Assembly (NCBI GenBank): GCA_951406725.2
Contig: OX597816.1
Coordinates: 36,084,001 to 36,148,000 of the forward strand
Direction of reading: 5' to 3'
Length of the DNA stretch: 64,000 nucleotides
Source: Octopus vulgaris
Lineage: Eukaryota
The notes under the pieces were generated by a model that had not been told where the DNA came from, ran no database searches, and saw only the letters and a list, made by a program, of their open reading frames with translations. Position numbers and translations under genes: made by a program. This document shows positions 39,650 through 53,229 of this stretch, piece by piece. How positions within the stretch are numbered: position 1 is the stretch's first letter; each line of letters starts with the position of its first letter.

Positions 39650-41100
39650 TACTTTCCTCACTTAGGCGAATGATATATTGGTTTTTACTTTAACATATCT
39701 GTATCGTAATCATATATCTCATCGACAAGTTATCATTACTTCATCCACCATTTCATTACATTGCAGATCAATTACTATAGCATCTTTTAACACCTGATAC
39801 ATATATTATTTCAAGATACATTAGTGCACGCAAAGTATTTTCTTTCCTGACACCGTTTTGAGAAGTCATTCTTTGTTTTCATTCTTGTAGCTTCTAGAGC
39901 ATACTCCATGAGCTTAAAATAAAAATGTGATTCTACTAGCACCTTCTCTCTTTCTTACTTGTGTACTGATCATTTGTCAATACAAAGAGTGTTATCATCC
40001 ATGACATTGACAAGCGAAGTTACAATAATTCTGCCTGTAACTCAAATCTTTCGATGAAAATCACAATCCTTTACACCATCTATATACTTAACAATTATGT
40101 GATAAAGCTTCATTCACCTTGATAAAAAATATTTGATGTGCTGCAAAGGACAGTTTAAGACAAGGCACAGACAAAATAATATAGCATTCGCATGTTTTCT
40201 AGAGAAGATATGCATTATGATACTAATACGGGGATAGAATACCAGTACATTTCTAAAGCAACATTTTGTAAATTAATTACCTAAATGATTTTTAAAGAAA
40301 TTTGTTTTAGTTTGGATATATATGTTTTAATCAAATAGAGTTCGATGTATTTCTCTCCACTTGCAACTTTCTTGTTCAGTTTCCAAAATATACTGAATAT
40401 TTCATAATCATTAAATCGATCAAAATTCCCTTCATACATTTTTCAATCTTACCCTAAGTATATATTATAAAATCCTTCAATGTTCTCCAATATTGATTTA
40501 ATTGGAAATTGATTTATTCACACATATTTTACTATATATGCTTTAGGGAATGCTTCCAATAATGGGAGTCCAACAAAGTTCTATGTAAAGCTACTGCATT
40601 GAAAATATTGAATTTTGCACTGAAATATATTGATTTGATGATTTGCGCAATTATCTGTAAGATTCTTCATTGATTCCCAGTTATTCTGCGTCAGAAATAA
40701 CAATGAAAAATAACATGGAAAAGAAAATTTTCGAAAAATGCAAAAACACATACAGCTCAACATCAATTTCATATTTTGCCACCTGCTGGGAACTGTGTGA
40801 CACGCAGATATGCCTATTTTGATAAACATTCGATACTACTTCCTGTCTAGTACAAACTGATTTATTCGTAGTCTATTGATCACAGTAGAATCTAGTGCAT
40901 TTCAGTAGACAGATTATTGATTGGATCAATAACCCACAGTTATGTACAATGATATTCATTCATTGCAAATTGAAATATTCTTTCGTTTACATCACATGAC
41001 GATGACAAATTATTAATAGTCATAAATTAGTGTCAGCAACTGGACAGAAATAACTTTACTGTTTAGTTTGCTAGAAGCAGATATTTCGAGCAGGCGAAAA
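39650..41100 (-). mobile_element. Very old piggyBac-like transposase relic
   Basis: Ordered remnants across frames: KHSLKH (~GRHSLKQY), DFIIYLG, SW-DN-like..VLTND, SGV (~MGGVD), KWW. Confidence 0.4.
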
Positions 41101-41549
41101 CAACGTCCCACAGACGAATGGTGATTCTACAAATAACAGATATTGCGAGTATATAAATAACGAGGGAATATAGGAATTCCATGGATTCTGGGATGATATT
41201 TAAGTGTCCTTAGGTAAAATACTATGGAGCTACAATTAAATTATCTTGAAATTTGCTGCTGTGATATTGTGAATACTTTAAAATATAAAACTTCGTACAC
41301 TAAGTGGTGGGACATACACAAATGTCTATATTGACAAATAAATGGAACGAATATTATCAAACACGGTGTACAACGTAACTTTACTAGCAGTTTGCTGAGG
41401 ATCTACGAACTAAAAAATATGTGGCACTAATAAGACAATATAAGGGAGCTATGAAATAACGCCTAAAACACACGCACACACACATATATACATATATTCA
41501 CGCATTAGTGTATACACACACACTTAATAACAAACGAAACACACATATA

Positions 41550-41594
<45 letters not shown>

Positions 41595-41658
41595 TTGCGT
41601 GTTTTTTTAACTATGAATAAAGGAAAGAATGGAGTCGAACGACGATTTTAACAAAATT

Positions 41659-41753
41659 CCTTTACTCTCGACACATGTTTCGAAGGCTGCATATTCCTAA
41701 TTCCGAAGGAATAAAGGGTGCATTATGCCGCCATCTCATCAGGAAAGGCAAGG
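41659..41753 (-). ncRNA. Intact-core type I hammerhead with long stem II, in a ~260 bp module between (TA)n tracts
   Basis: ccttgcctttc-CTGATGA-gatggc...tgca..tattcct/aggaata tgca gccttc-GAAA-CATGTG-TC-gagagtaaagg; GUC site. Confidence 0.85.
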
Positions 41754-41850
41754 AACTTATCTGTTTTCTGGCGTGAATTTGCTACCCAGGTATCGGTTAA
41801 CCGAATTATCCATACTAGGATAATTCATTCACCTTAAATATGTATAAATA

Positions 41851-41904
<54 letters not shown>

Positions 41905-42069
41905 CGTACATATATATATATATATATGGACACACACACACACACACATATCTATATATAACGTATTCATATAGCACAGGTGAAAAGATAAATGATTAAA
42001 GATATCAAAATAATATCTTAATTAACCATTAATTTTTTTACTTTTGTGTATCCTAAGATGTGAAATCCA

Positions 42070-42320
42070 GTCGCTTAATGTTTGCGGTATTCGGCTCTCG
42101 ACCATATGGTTGTGAGTTCAATTTCCAGTGGTGCGTTGTGTCCGTGAACAAGAGATTTTATTTCGCGTTGTTCCATCCACTCAGCTGAATTGAAATGCAA
42201 GATTTGTCACAACCTGTTTCACGCTAGATCACTCTGAGAACTAGCGTGTCTATTGCGTGGTCAGTCACATGCAGGTTAATCGAATCAACTTGAACCCTCG
42301 TTGTCGTAACTTACGGAGTG
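42070..42320 (+). mobile_element. SINE family C (diverged)
   Basis: gagttcaatttcc...ttgtgtccgtgaacaagag...gaaccctcgttgtcgtaac. Confidence 0.8.
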
Positions 42321-42409
42321 TCAATATGGAGTATGCTATATTAAATATATATATAGTGAGAAAAAGGCAGGAGGAAATGTATATATATGTGTGAAAATGG
42401 CAGGAGGAA

Positions 42410-42465
<56 letters not shown>

Positions 42466-42514
42466 ATGTATGTATGTATGTATGTATGTATGTATGTATG
42501 TATGTATGTATGTA

Positions 42515-43350
42515 TAACATAAAAGAAAGAAAATGCACACAGTTTACATGAGTGAAAGAGTACTGTGTTTGTCGACCGGTTTCGCCTTTGGTACTCATGA
42601 CATTGAAATTATTGTAATTTCGTATTTTCTTAAGAAGATTTCAGTCCATGTTGTGTATGGGGGATTGTGAATGAAATGAATCATCAGGCAGAAAAATCTA
42701 AGGGGAGATAGATGGTGATCGTTATTATTCGGGATACGGGAGGTAATCACTCAATTTTTGCGGAGGGGATAATTAAACATGCAAAAACTCAAAAGCTAAA
42801 ACTAGTGAGATGAAATATTTACTGTGATGTGTATGTGACCATGAATTAAATTATTTACTGAGAACAAAGTTGGTTGTGGGTTCATGTTAGGATGCGTTCT
42901 GCCTTTTCCGGTAAATAAATGTTCTTTATTTAAACGTTCTTCTACAAAAATTGTTTCTTTGCACTTGTAGATGGGGAAAACTGTGATGTTTGGTTGGATA
43001 TTACCTACACATATTTTTATGTGTTCAATCAACAAAATCTGTTTGTACTACGATAAATGGATCTGTTCCATATGTAGTGTGTTTCCCCGTCTGTGTCATA
43101 CTTGTGTTTCCTATATAATTATCTCCACAACCTGAACAACTTATAACATAAATCAGATTTTTGGAGGGACAAGGGTAGATGGTTTTAATTGTTTCAATAG
43201 GAATTCCGAGTCTTCCTGCTGATAGGAGTATGCCCCACACGTTGGACGTCCCCATTATTTCACCACTGGTTTCGTGGTTGTTGTATAAAGCTTTGCATTT
43301 GTCAGAAGTATTTTCATAGATTTATGTGGATTTTTGCATTTGATGGGTGT
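42515..43350 (-). mobile_element. Penelope-like 3' fragment (GIY-YIG) with pseudo-LTR and broken HHR at 42570-42603
   Basis: CPSKNLIYVISCSGCGDNYIGNT, VFPIYKC; tgtc-[CTG missing]ATGA-gtacc aaa ggc-GAAA-CCGG-TC-gaca. Confidence 0.82.
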
Positions 43351-43374
43351 GTAGCCCCTTCTGGGCAGTAAAGA

Positions 43375-43563
43375 AATAGGTATTTCGATTGCCGATACGT
43401 TGTGAGTTCAAATTACGTCGTGGTCGACTTTGCCTTTCATCCTTTCGGGGTCGATTTAATAAGTACCAGTTATGCACTGGGTTAGATGTAATCGACTTTA
43501 TTCCTTTGTCTATCCTTGTTTGTCCCCTCTAAGTTTAGCCCCCTGTGAGCAATAAAGAAATAA
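43375..43563 (+). mobile_element. SINE family B (5' truncated)
   Basis: gagttcaaatt...gcctttcatcctttcggggtcg...aataaagaaata. Confidence 0.9.
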
Positions 43564-43803
43564 ATATATACACGAACAAGTTGCACGAGCCAGTTCAACA
43601 ATGACACACTGAGGCATTCACATAGATACACATACATACAAATAAGAAGCAATGAATGTCTGTGTGCGTGTGTTTGTGTGTCTATGTTTATCTCTATGTG
43701 TGTGTGTATGTTTGCTGTTCATTGACAAAACAGTTTTCAAAATGTTTATTTTTGGATCCTTAGTAAACATAGGTAAATTTTGTACAATAGTTTTCTATAT
43801 ATA

Positions 43804-44206
43804 GGCGCAGGAGTGGCTGTGTGGTAAGTAGCTTGTCTACCAACCACATGGTTCCGGGTTCAGTCCCACTGCGTGGCACCTTGGGCAAGTGTCTTCTACT
43901 ATAGCCTCGGGCCGACCAAAGCTTTGTGAGTGGATTTGGTAGACGGAAACTGAAAGAAGCCCGTCGTATATATGTATATATATATATGTGTGTGTATGTT
44001 TGTGTGTTTGTGTTTGTCCCCCTAGCATTGCTTGACAACCGATGCTGGTGTGTTTATGTCCCCGTCACTTAGCCGTTCGGCAAAAGATAGAATAAGTACT
44101 GGGCTTACAAAGAATAAGTCCCGGGGTCGAGTTGCTCGATTAAAGGCGGTGCTCCAGCATGGCCGCAGTCAAATGACCGAAACAAGTAAAAGAGTAAAAA
44201 GAGTAA
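43804..44206 (+). mobile_element. SINE family A
   Basis: Full-length match to 9609-10000. Confidence 0.95.
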
Positions 44207-44214
44207 ATAATATA

Positions 44215-44895
44215 CGTCATTGTTTCTAGGTTTGTGCATTGAAAATAATTATGGTAGTGTTTTAGGATGTGGTGAGATGTGTCGTTTTGTTTCCCGTAGT
44301 GCTGTAACGCTTCATTTCTTGGCACGCTTAATTCCATCGTCTATAAATGAGGGTGAATATTTTGTCTTAGCTAGAGCTGTTCTGAAGGCATGCGATTACC
44401 CCTGCTACACATCTAAGTAGTGAAACCGACTAGTTGTTGAATGCCTCAATCTTCTTCGGTCTGTTTAATTTCGACTTACTGGATCAGTCTCAGTCTGCGC
44501 AAGAGCCCCACCTGAAATGTTTCTGTCATTTCTTACTATATCAATTTATCCATTTCCAATATCCCCAAGTACTTATAGCCCGTCTCGTCTATCTGCTTCA
44601 TAAACTCTCCAGACGCTAGCCCGTCAATACATTTTAGTTTACCTCTCTTCAATTTCAGTCCGAAATTCATTATGATATTGGTACTGAAACGGAACTAAAT
44701 TGGGATTCATTTTACCATAAAGTTTGAGGTCATCCATGAATAACAAGTCGTTGAATTTTTGTTAGCGGCTCTTGAATACATACCCAGCCTTTATTTTACT
44801 CGGAATCAGTGTTATTGGTAACATGCACAACCTTTCCTGATCTCTATTGCCCCTAAACATCTTCCATATGCTGTCAGTTCCATTTTTCATTCCTG
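44215..44895 (-). mobile_element. R4/Dong-clade LINE RT fragment
   Basis: AGYVFK...NDLLFMDDLKLYGK, MNFGLK, GYKYLGILEMD. Confidence 0.85.
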
Positions 44896-45564
44896 CTGCT
44901 GTTGTTGTTGTTGTTGCTAATGCGCCGAGCTGGCAACATTTTCAGCACGCTGGACAGTATGCATAACGGTATTTCGCCCGTCCCTACAATTCTTAGATCA
45001 AATTCCGCCGAGGTCGACTCGGTGGATAAAATATGTACCAGTTAAAAACTTGGGTCGATGAAATAGACTCATTCCTACCTGATCCAAGCTACCATCTTTG
45101 CAAAAATTTGAAATAATATTTATTATTATTATGATTATTATTATTGTTGGTATTATTACACAAACAAGGTGATTAGAGAGTCTTACATTACTTGATAGGA
45201 AAAAACATTAAATCCAGTGTGAAGCCGACAACACGCTGGAAGTCAAAGTCACTTTGTCATTATCGATTACAGAAACCCGTGAAGAGACAGATATTCTTAG
45301 GAATTTGTTTACTACTCATATTTAATTCAATAACTTAACATTTCTTTTTTCCTACAAGCACATGCAATTATCTACGGATTTTTTTCATGAGAAAACACAT
45401 GCATGTAATTTTTATGAATTTTATTATAAACGCCTTTACGCTTGCATGTATTTTTAATGCATTTTCTTTAAGAATGTATCGCCCTTGGTTGCTTTCCATG
45501 TTACAGTGATTTTTATGCAAACACACACACACATACATACATACATGCATACATGCACACACAC

Positions 45565-45709
<145 letters not shown>

Positions 45710-45879
45710 GGTGAACTTTAAAGAACGTTGCCGAATGCATTTTCTCAACTGCAATTAAAAACATTGTTATTCATTTCATCATACATAAATTTGTGTGTTT
45801 ATGTGTGCGAGAGGGGGTTTGAGTTGGTGCATCTTTCTAACTATCTATCTATCTATCTATCTCTTTATCTGTCTATCAA

Positions 45880-45922
<43 letters not shown>

Positions 45923-46649
45923 GTGTGCGTGTGTCTATGTGTAAACACACACACACACATATATAATTGAAAAAATTTGGAGTCAACAATTTTTTTCAAT
46001 TATCTATTTACGCACGACAGAAGCCGAAACACAATCCTGGAAATATGTATAATACTACTACTGGATAACATAGGGTGAAATCTGAAGGCGGATCAGCTTT
46101 ATACTGTACTCCACTACGCTCTTCATAGCATATACCATAACACACACACACACACACTCATGCATTATTCTCTTTAGGAACGGTGAATCTGTAAGCAAGA
46201 CAGCTCTAAATAAAGGGACGTAAATATTTGCTCAAAAATTTTATGGTGAAATACTCGAAAACTGCCCGTGGCAATTAAACCGACATCTCATATAAACGTA
46301 ACAAACGTTCTACCAGTCCAATAAAAGACACCTACGAATTTAACTGTTTCAAAAACGTTCTTCCTACCATCATTTATTATCATCGTCGTATGTATAAAGA
46401 TGCTTTGGCAACGTGATCTAATCCTTTTTACGCTTGATTTTTAGCTTTCGTTACTTCTAATCAAATCAGGTCTTAACCCAATTTTTACACGGCAATTTTT
46501 GACAGGTTTACATACGTAGAGGTGATTTCTTGAAAGAATTATTTCACGTTCTCAGAAGAGAGAATTTGAGAGTAGGAGTAATAGAGACAGAGTGGCAGAG
46601 AGAACAGTTGCTAGTTAGTTAATTAGGTATATATTGTGAATGCGTATGG

Positions 46650-49450
46650 TCCTTATCCTCTTTAGCTAAAACAGTGGAATTCATGCATTTCTAGTGCTTT
46701 CACTTACCGTAGTGAGATTCTTCGTCAGCTCGTGTACTGAATCAAAATTTAATTTAGCAGAAAAATGAAAGCTATTTACTGAACGTACACACATATATTT
46801 AAAATGTAGCTTTTCTGAATCATACTTTCAAATGTATGCCTGAAATCTCATACTACAGAAGTAGACAATGTACCTTGAACTTTTACTGCTTTTAGGCAAA
46901 TTCTGTGGCAATAAGTCGCACCGGGGCCTCTCATTGCTTATGGTAAAGTCAATACATTTATTTACAGGTAATATTTTACTATGAATTTGTCTATTAGTCA
47001 TAAAACTGTATGCATTTGTTCCCTTTGTATTAGTCATTGCTTTTCGTAAACCACAATCCCACGTATTGCAAATCCATTTTTCTTTCCATTACTGATTCAG
47101 ACCAGCTCTCATATTATAAGAATCGTTTACGATGACAGAAAACTAACAAATTCCTCTGTTTCTTGCTGAAGATTTAGTTTACTCTAAGTTTCCAGGCATT
47201 TTCTCTAACGTAAATGGATGACTCGAAATTTGCATTGCACCACATGCAATAACATTTCCAGTAATAATATTCAATGCTGGCAGTAAATTCAGAGTAACAT
47301 CGTACTGGTATGAAACTATAAAGAAGAGTTTAAAAAGTACATAGGTCACGTATCACACGGTTGAAATCCTACATTTTCTGCATATGAACCAATTTGAAGC
47401 AGTCTTGTTTGTATTCTATAATTTTCCTAAGAATATTTTTGGGACACGTTTTCAGGGCTTTGCCACTGCTTTTCGATAATTATCTTCAATGAAGCATTCT
47501 CAAATTCACCAGCAGCTACAGTTTATATCCTTATTACTCAGCAACACACAGTTCAGTCAAGGTTATGTAAAAGTGATGCATCAACAGATACAATAGCAAA
47601 TCGAAAATTATGCACACTCTTGTTTCTGTAATAAAATTACTTTTCGACTTATGCTTCTCTTGTTACTTAACGCACATTTTCTAACGGTCCACAAGCTTGC
47701 TTTTTATGTTGGCAAAGAACATTTTCTGCAGATCACGAAACCATTTATGGACCACTTCATCGCTTCGTCGTCTGTAGCAAATCGACGACATCGCAAAGGA
47801 GTTTTGAGCTGTCCAAAGAGGAACCTATGCAAGGTGTTCCAACAAATCTAATCTCAATTTTTCATTGCTTTCAATGACATGGACGGCCGTACTTGGATAT
47901 ACATAGTTGAGCAACTTCACAGTTCCTTTGACGATAAGTCACATCTTGGGGCGAATTGGCGAATTGCTGGTTTCACTATGTGGGCCAGAATGCCACTGTG
48001 GCGTACATTTATGACTGTAGACCCCTTTTCCGGATAATATTCCAGCATAGGCCTAAAAAAGGTCAGCTTCTGCATTTCTGCTCTAGGTTTAGACTTAAAT
48101 TACTTCTTTATGGGCGATCCCATATGTCCCACTACTTACTCCACTCTTTGCGTTCTGACTCAAAGTAATGAACCCAAGTCTAATCTGTAAAAATTCTTTA
48201 AAAAAAATATCCTCATCTATAGAACTAGCGGTCCAGTAAGTGTGGACAAATCTCCAAACCATTTCTTTATGTACTTCTGTAAGACCTCTTCATACCAAAA
48301 TCGCTCAATCTTTACAGACGGGTAATTTTTCCTGAATGATTTCGTAGACATAACCATGAATAATTTGCAGAGAACATAACACTTCATCGATGATCAATCA
48401 TCAGTTCTTTGTCCCGAAGTAAGTTTCCAGTTGGTTGAGTCTTATCGTACCTGGTTTGCGTTTATGGTCGTCCTGCTACCTCAAGTGCTTCACGCTCATT
48501 GGTCATTTTTAAACTTGTCAGTACACTCAAAACTCTTCTACGAGGTAGGGTGCTGTCCCAGTAAAGGAAGACGTTTGTGATTAATTTCAGCGCCTCACAC
48601 CCCCTCAGAGGCATACGGTCATTGAGCTCACTTATTCGTTGGTGAACAGTACCAGCGGAGCGGGTAATCTTACAAAAAAACAAAACTGGAGTGACCTTGG
48701 TCAGATATCGGGCACGTAACTACAATGGTAACACCTTACAGCAAGTGATCTCTGAAGGCAGTACGGCCTACCTAAAGAAAGTTTTGGAGGAACTGCGAAT
48801 AGCTTTTGGCTTCCCTGAGTGTACACACTCACACACACTCAGAGACACGCAAACACAAACACACACACACACACATGTATTGTTTAAGTTCATGATCAGA
48901 TACTATAAAAACAAGGTTACATGAATCTAATGAATTAATCTGATTTTGTAGAGAACGAATTTATATAATTATATATATAGGCGTGAAGGTTTGTATGCAT
49001 TTATGTAGTTATATATACGAACATATATACAGAACATTTTCCTACATTAACTCTCACACCCACATTCAGGCACATTCAGACTAAATGTGGCGTAGTATTA
49101 GTGTATTAATTACTCGAGTTATGTTAACCAAAAATGGCATAAAAACTACAGGATTTCTCAACTCATAAAATGTAAACTCAGCTTCGAAAATATGTTTTCA
49201 TATTATATCTTCTTAATTTGTAGTCCATTACTGTAGGATTTCTAATTTTCGAATGGGAATTTGGCAGCACCATATTCGCCAGGTAGTTATTCCGTGCCAA
49301 GGAATAGCCAGATTGAGAGAATTTTTTACTGAGGCTAAAACAACATTCATCCCAAGCGGCACTGCCACATCATGTTGGCAAATAATCTTTACTTCGAAGC
49401 AGAGTTAGCGGTTATAATAACCGACTAATGGATAAAAGTATCCGTATTTA
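46650..49450 (-). mobile_element. Very old piggyBac-like relic interrupted by a mariner
   Basis: Ordered remnants SGY...LHF (49200-49320), SVDAS (~SIDES), GYKL*, IACGA (~ACGT), WKEK (~WKDK), YHK/MRG (~YNK.MGGVD). Confidence 0.4.
47620..48700 (-). mobile_element. Mariner transposase pseudogene
   Basis: TD*TWVHYFESERKE, LEYYPEKGSTVI...VKPAIR, LFGQLKTPLRCRRFATDDE. Confidence 0.85.
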
Positions 49451-51528
49451 CTATCGGTATCAGTTACCTGTGCTATCCCTGGGCATGGATATGAATGCAC
49501 ACTATGCTCGTAGGGTACAGGTAGCAACAGAGCAAAATCAAATTATCAGAAATTAAATTTAAATGAACAGAAAATGGAGAAAACGTTTGAGCAACAAGCA
49601 AGCAAATTGAACCTCATGTGTACATTATTTTTTAATACGAAACATGACATTACATTTCTATGACATAACATTTCTTACAGGCGTTTCCGCTTCGAATAAT
49701 ATTCGCCATCAGCATAGGACATTCGATCTAATACATGGAGCTTTATTCGAGTGAATACAAATGATTAAACTAGAATAAACAAAGGGAACAGGTATAGGAA
49801 AAAACATGGCCTCGTGAAGAGGCCAGGTGGCTCAATATATTAAAGTCATACCATCTTCACGCCTGGAGCGTTGTACTTGATAGGCAAAAGTGTGATCTAG
49901 CAGTGGTCTAGGGAAATATTTACGGGTTATTTCTATATAAAGGAGGAACTAGGATATTTGAAAATTAGTGAAATGAATTTAACAATGATGTAAGACAAGA
50001 AATTACCAATATCTCTGGAAAGAGAATAGCACTTATGTTATCGTAAATGGGGCTGGTTAATATTCATCCAAAAATAAAACCGTAGGTTTGTTATAATAGT
50101 GTACTTACTGAAATATTGCAGAGACCATCACCTGTTGTCCACAATCGATTTGACCAAAGTCTATCTATCACTACAATTGGACAATTATATTTGAACCAAA
50201 GGCAAAAGTTAAAACCGTTTTAGGGGATATGTTAATAAAGCAGAAAGCGACTCAGTAAATAAAGGGTGCGGGTGAAAAAACTATGATATAATTGATACGA
50301 GGCCGCGTATGGCTTTGTGCAACTTCTCAACGTAACATAAATAAGAATAGGATAAATAGATAAATACTGTCAGTCAGAATCCTACATTTTTTAAATAATT
50401 AAGAGGAGACAAGTAGTACAGGAGGTGCATACGGATAAAATAGCCTACAAAAATAATACTAAATTTTACATCCTAGATAGCAATTAAAATTCTAAGTGGT
50501 GGTAATAATGGACGAACCTTATGTGTGTGCAGCCACATTAGGTCTACCACCAAATTATACATTCAATCATACATAGTAAACCCAAGTGTTCTATTATCTC
50601 CTTGGGAAGTCAGCTACTGCAGTGTCCAAGTACACACCTATACAAGGTTACCTTTTAATTCAATAAAATAAATTCTACGGGTGTGGGGGTAATGTTGTTC
50701 CTAAGTGGGTTGAACTATTAGGGTCTATTTTAAGTGGAGTTAGACCAATATGCTGGTAGAAAATTAAGTCCAGATACAAGTGCCAACAAGCACATCGATG
50801 GTATAAAAGGTATAGGAAAATAACATAACGTAAAACAAAATAAGTAAAATTTAAATTTAGAATACAAAATTAAAATTTGTTCCTGCAGGTCATAACATCA
50901 TGGGTAAATAATTATGCCCTCCTCTCTGTGTTCTAGGTTAAGTTCATGATTGAAAGGTGTCGCATTTGTAAAAGGGCTTTGTTGGTTATATTAAGGAGGA
51001 ATGACTTAATAAGTATAAGATGTAGGTAGTTGATATGGGTGGAGGTGTTATCTAAACTCGGAATTTGGGTAAAAGTACAGGGGTATTATTATAAAATACC
51101 TGCAATAACCCCGGTGATACGATTAGCGAACTGGCTTTAAATAATAAATACATATATGGCTTTCAAATTACTATCAGGTCTACTATATCTATGTTGTAGC
51201 GTTCTTGGTGCTATTTAGGGGTGGCATCAGGGTTTGTTACATGGAAGGAGATAAATACAAATTTACCTCAAATATAACAAATTGAAACAGCTGTAAATGT
51301 TATTTTAACTACAATTGATCTATGACCATTTAATATCAATGATCAACTTCTAATTGTTAATTGTTGCTCCATTTCTTTTCTTACCTGGATATATTAAACC
51401 ACAGTTTACCATTTGAATTACCACCTACTGTTAAACTTATATCAAGGTCTATACATATTGACGCAATTCACATGTAATGCCTACGGACACATTTAACCCT
51501 TAGACCGTTCCATAGCCTCTAACTCATA

Positions 51529-51571
<43 letters not shown>

Positions 51572-51604
51572 TGTGCGTATATGTGTGCGATGTTTGTGTG
51601 TATG

Positions 51605-51647
<43 letters not shown>

Positions 51648-52842
51648 CTTTTATACATTATGTATTATATAATTACGCATTATGCATATGTATACTTGTG
51701 TGTATGTCCGTGCGTCTGTGTGTGTTTGAGTACGTGTCTGTATGTATCTGTATCTGTGTGTTTAGAAATACACACACGCACATTCAAATACTTCACTTTA
51801 AGCAAAAGGGGTCGGTGCTAATACACAGAAAAAAGAACGGGATAATAATACACAGAAAGCGTGTCGAGAGTGTCGTAATATGTATTTATAGGGTATTTAT
51901 TGTGAGAGAATGGCGTGTCGAAATGTGTATTTATAGTGTATTCATTGAGTTAAATCTTAGACTCTCATTTTCATGTCACCGAATTTGAAACGAAATATGA
52001 AGCTTGAATTATTTAAATGTTTACAATCAATTTTCAGAATACCATAAAGAGAACATGTGATCGGATTCATTTAGAAATATAGTATTAAATAACCGAATAT
52101 ATTTAAATACAATGAAAAATTAGTAATTAAAATTAGCCGACGAGATACAAACATAAAAAATCCGAGTGAATTCCATTATCTAAATGTAAGATATCGTAGT
52201 CCAATCATAAACTGTCAGTCAGGCAAATATACCGCAGCATCAATCAATGAATAAATATAACAAAATTTGTAAAAATAAACTGAGGAAATGAATCGATGTA
52301 ATACACAGTATTAAGTTTCAGTGTGCGTTCTTAATTGACTTTTCATGCACAGAGACTTGTTGGATAATCAAAAATGCTTTGCAATGCTGCTCATACTACA
52401 AACTGCTGAACGAAAGAAAAATTAAGAGAAAAGAACAGTTTTAGAATCTTGTCCTCGAAGAAGCTGGAGTAGCAAAGTCGACTTTCGAAAATCAGCAGCA
52501 ATTATGTTCTATCTTTGCAAATAATTACAAAATTACTCCCGGTTATTTATTAAAATATTATGCTTTAATCCATATGAATAGTTTTTGTGTTTTTTATACA
52601 CATGTGCAAATTATTTCTTCTGTTACCATAGCTACAAGCAGCTGCAAAATTGAAGATGGCCCGTTGTATATTTCCTTAATATCCAACTATAATTCAAAAT
52701 ACCGCTAGCAATTTGCTTTTTCTGGTCGAAGAATAAATGCATATGCGAGTAGTATAAATTCCCTTAAAATTTATTTACTGTTGCACGAATATAAAGTTTT
52801 TTTCTTTTTTCCTTTGAGAAGCATTCTGCAATGGTACATAGT

Positions 52843-52886
<44 letters not shown>

Positions 52887-52887
52887 T

Positions 52888-52944
<57 letters not shown>

Positions 52945-53229
52945 ATGTGCGTGTGTGTGTATGTGTGTATGTTTGTGTATCCGTGTTTATGTCCCGTAAA
53001 CTAGCGATACGGCAAAATGAATTCAGTTTTAGAGGCGCTTTTACATAAAATGTTTTCAAATACACTGCAAACCACTAAACTTTCAACGTCCATTTCTACA
53101 TGCAAACGGAATATTTATGTTGTCACATAGATAGTTTAAATGCATTTGTCAATACAAAATCTTTTTTTTACCTGATCTAAGTACAACGAATTTTACCACC
53201 TTACAGGTATACACTACTAAAATGTGTAA

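Noticed and set aside
46685-46735. Minus CTGACGA...GAAAGCACTA
   Set aside because: Stem I does not pair and stem II competes with the GAAA; likely chance.
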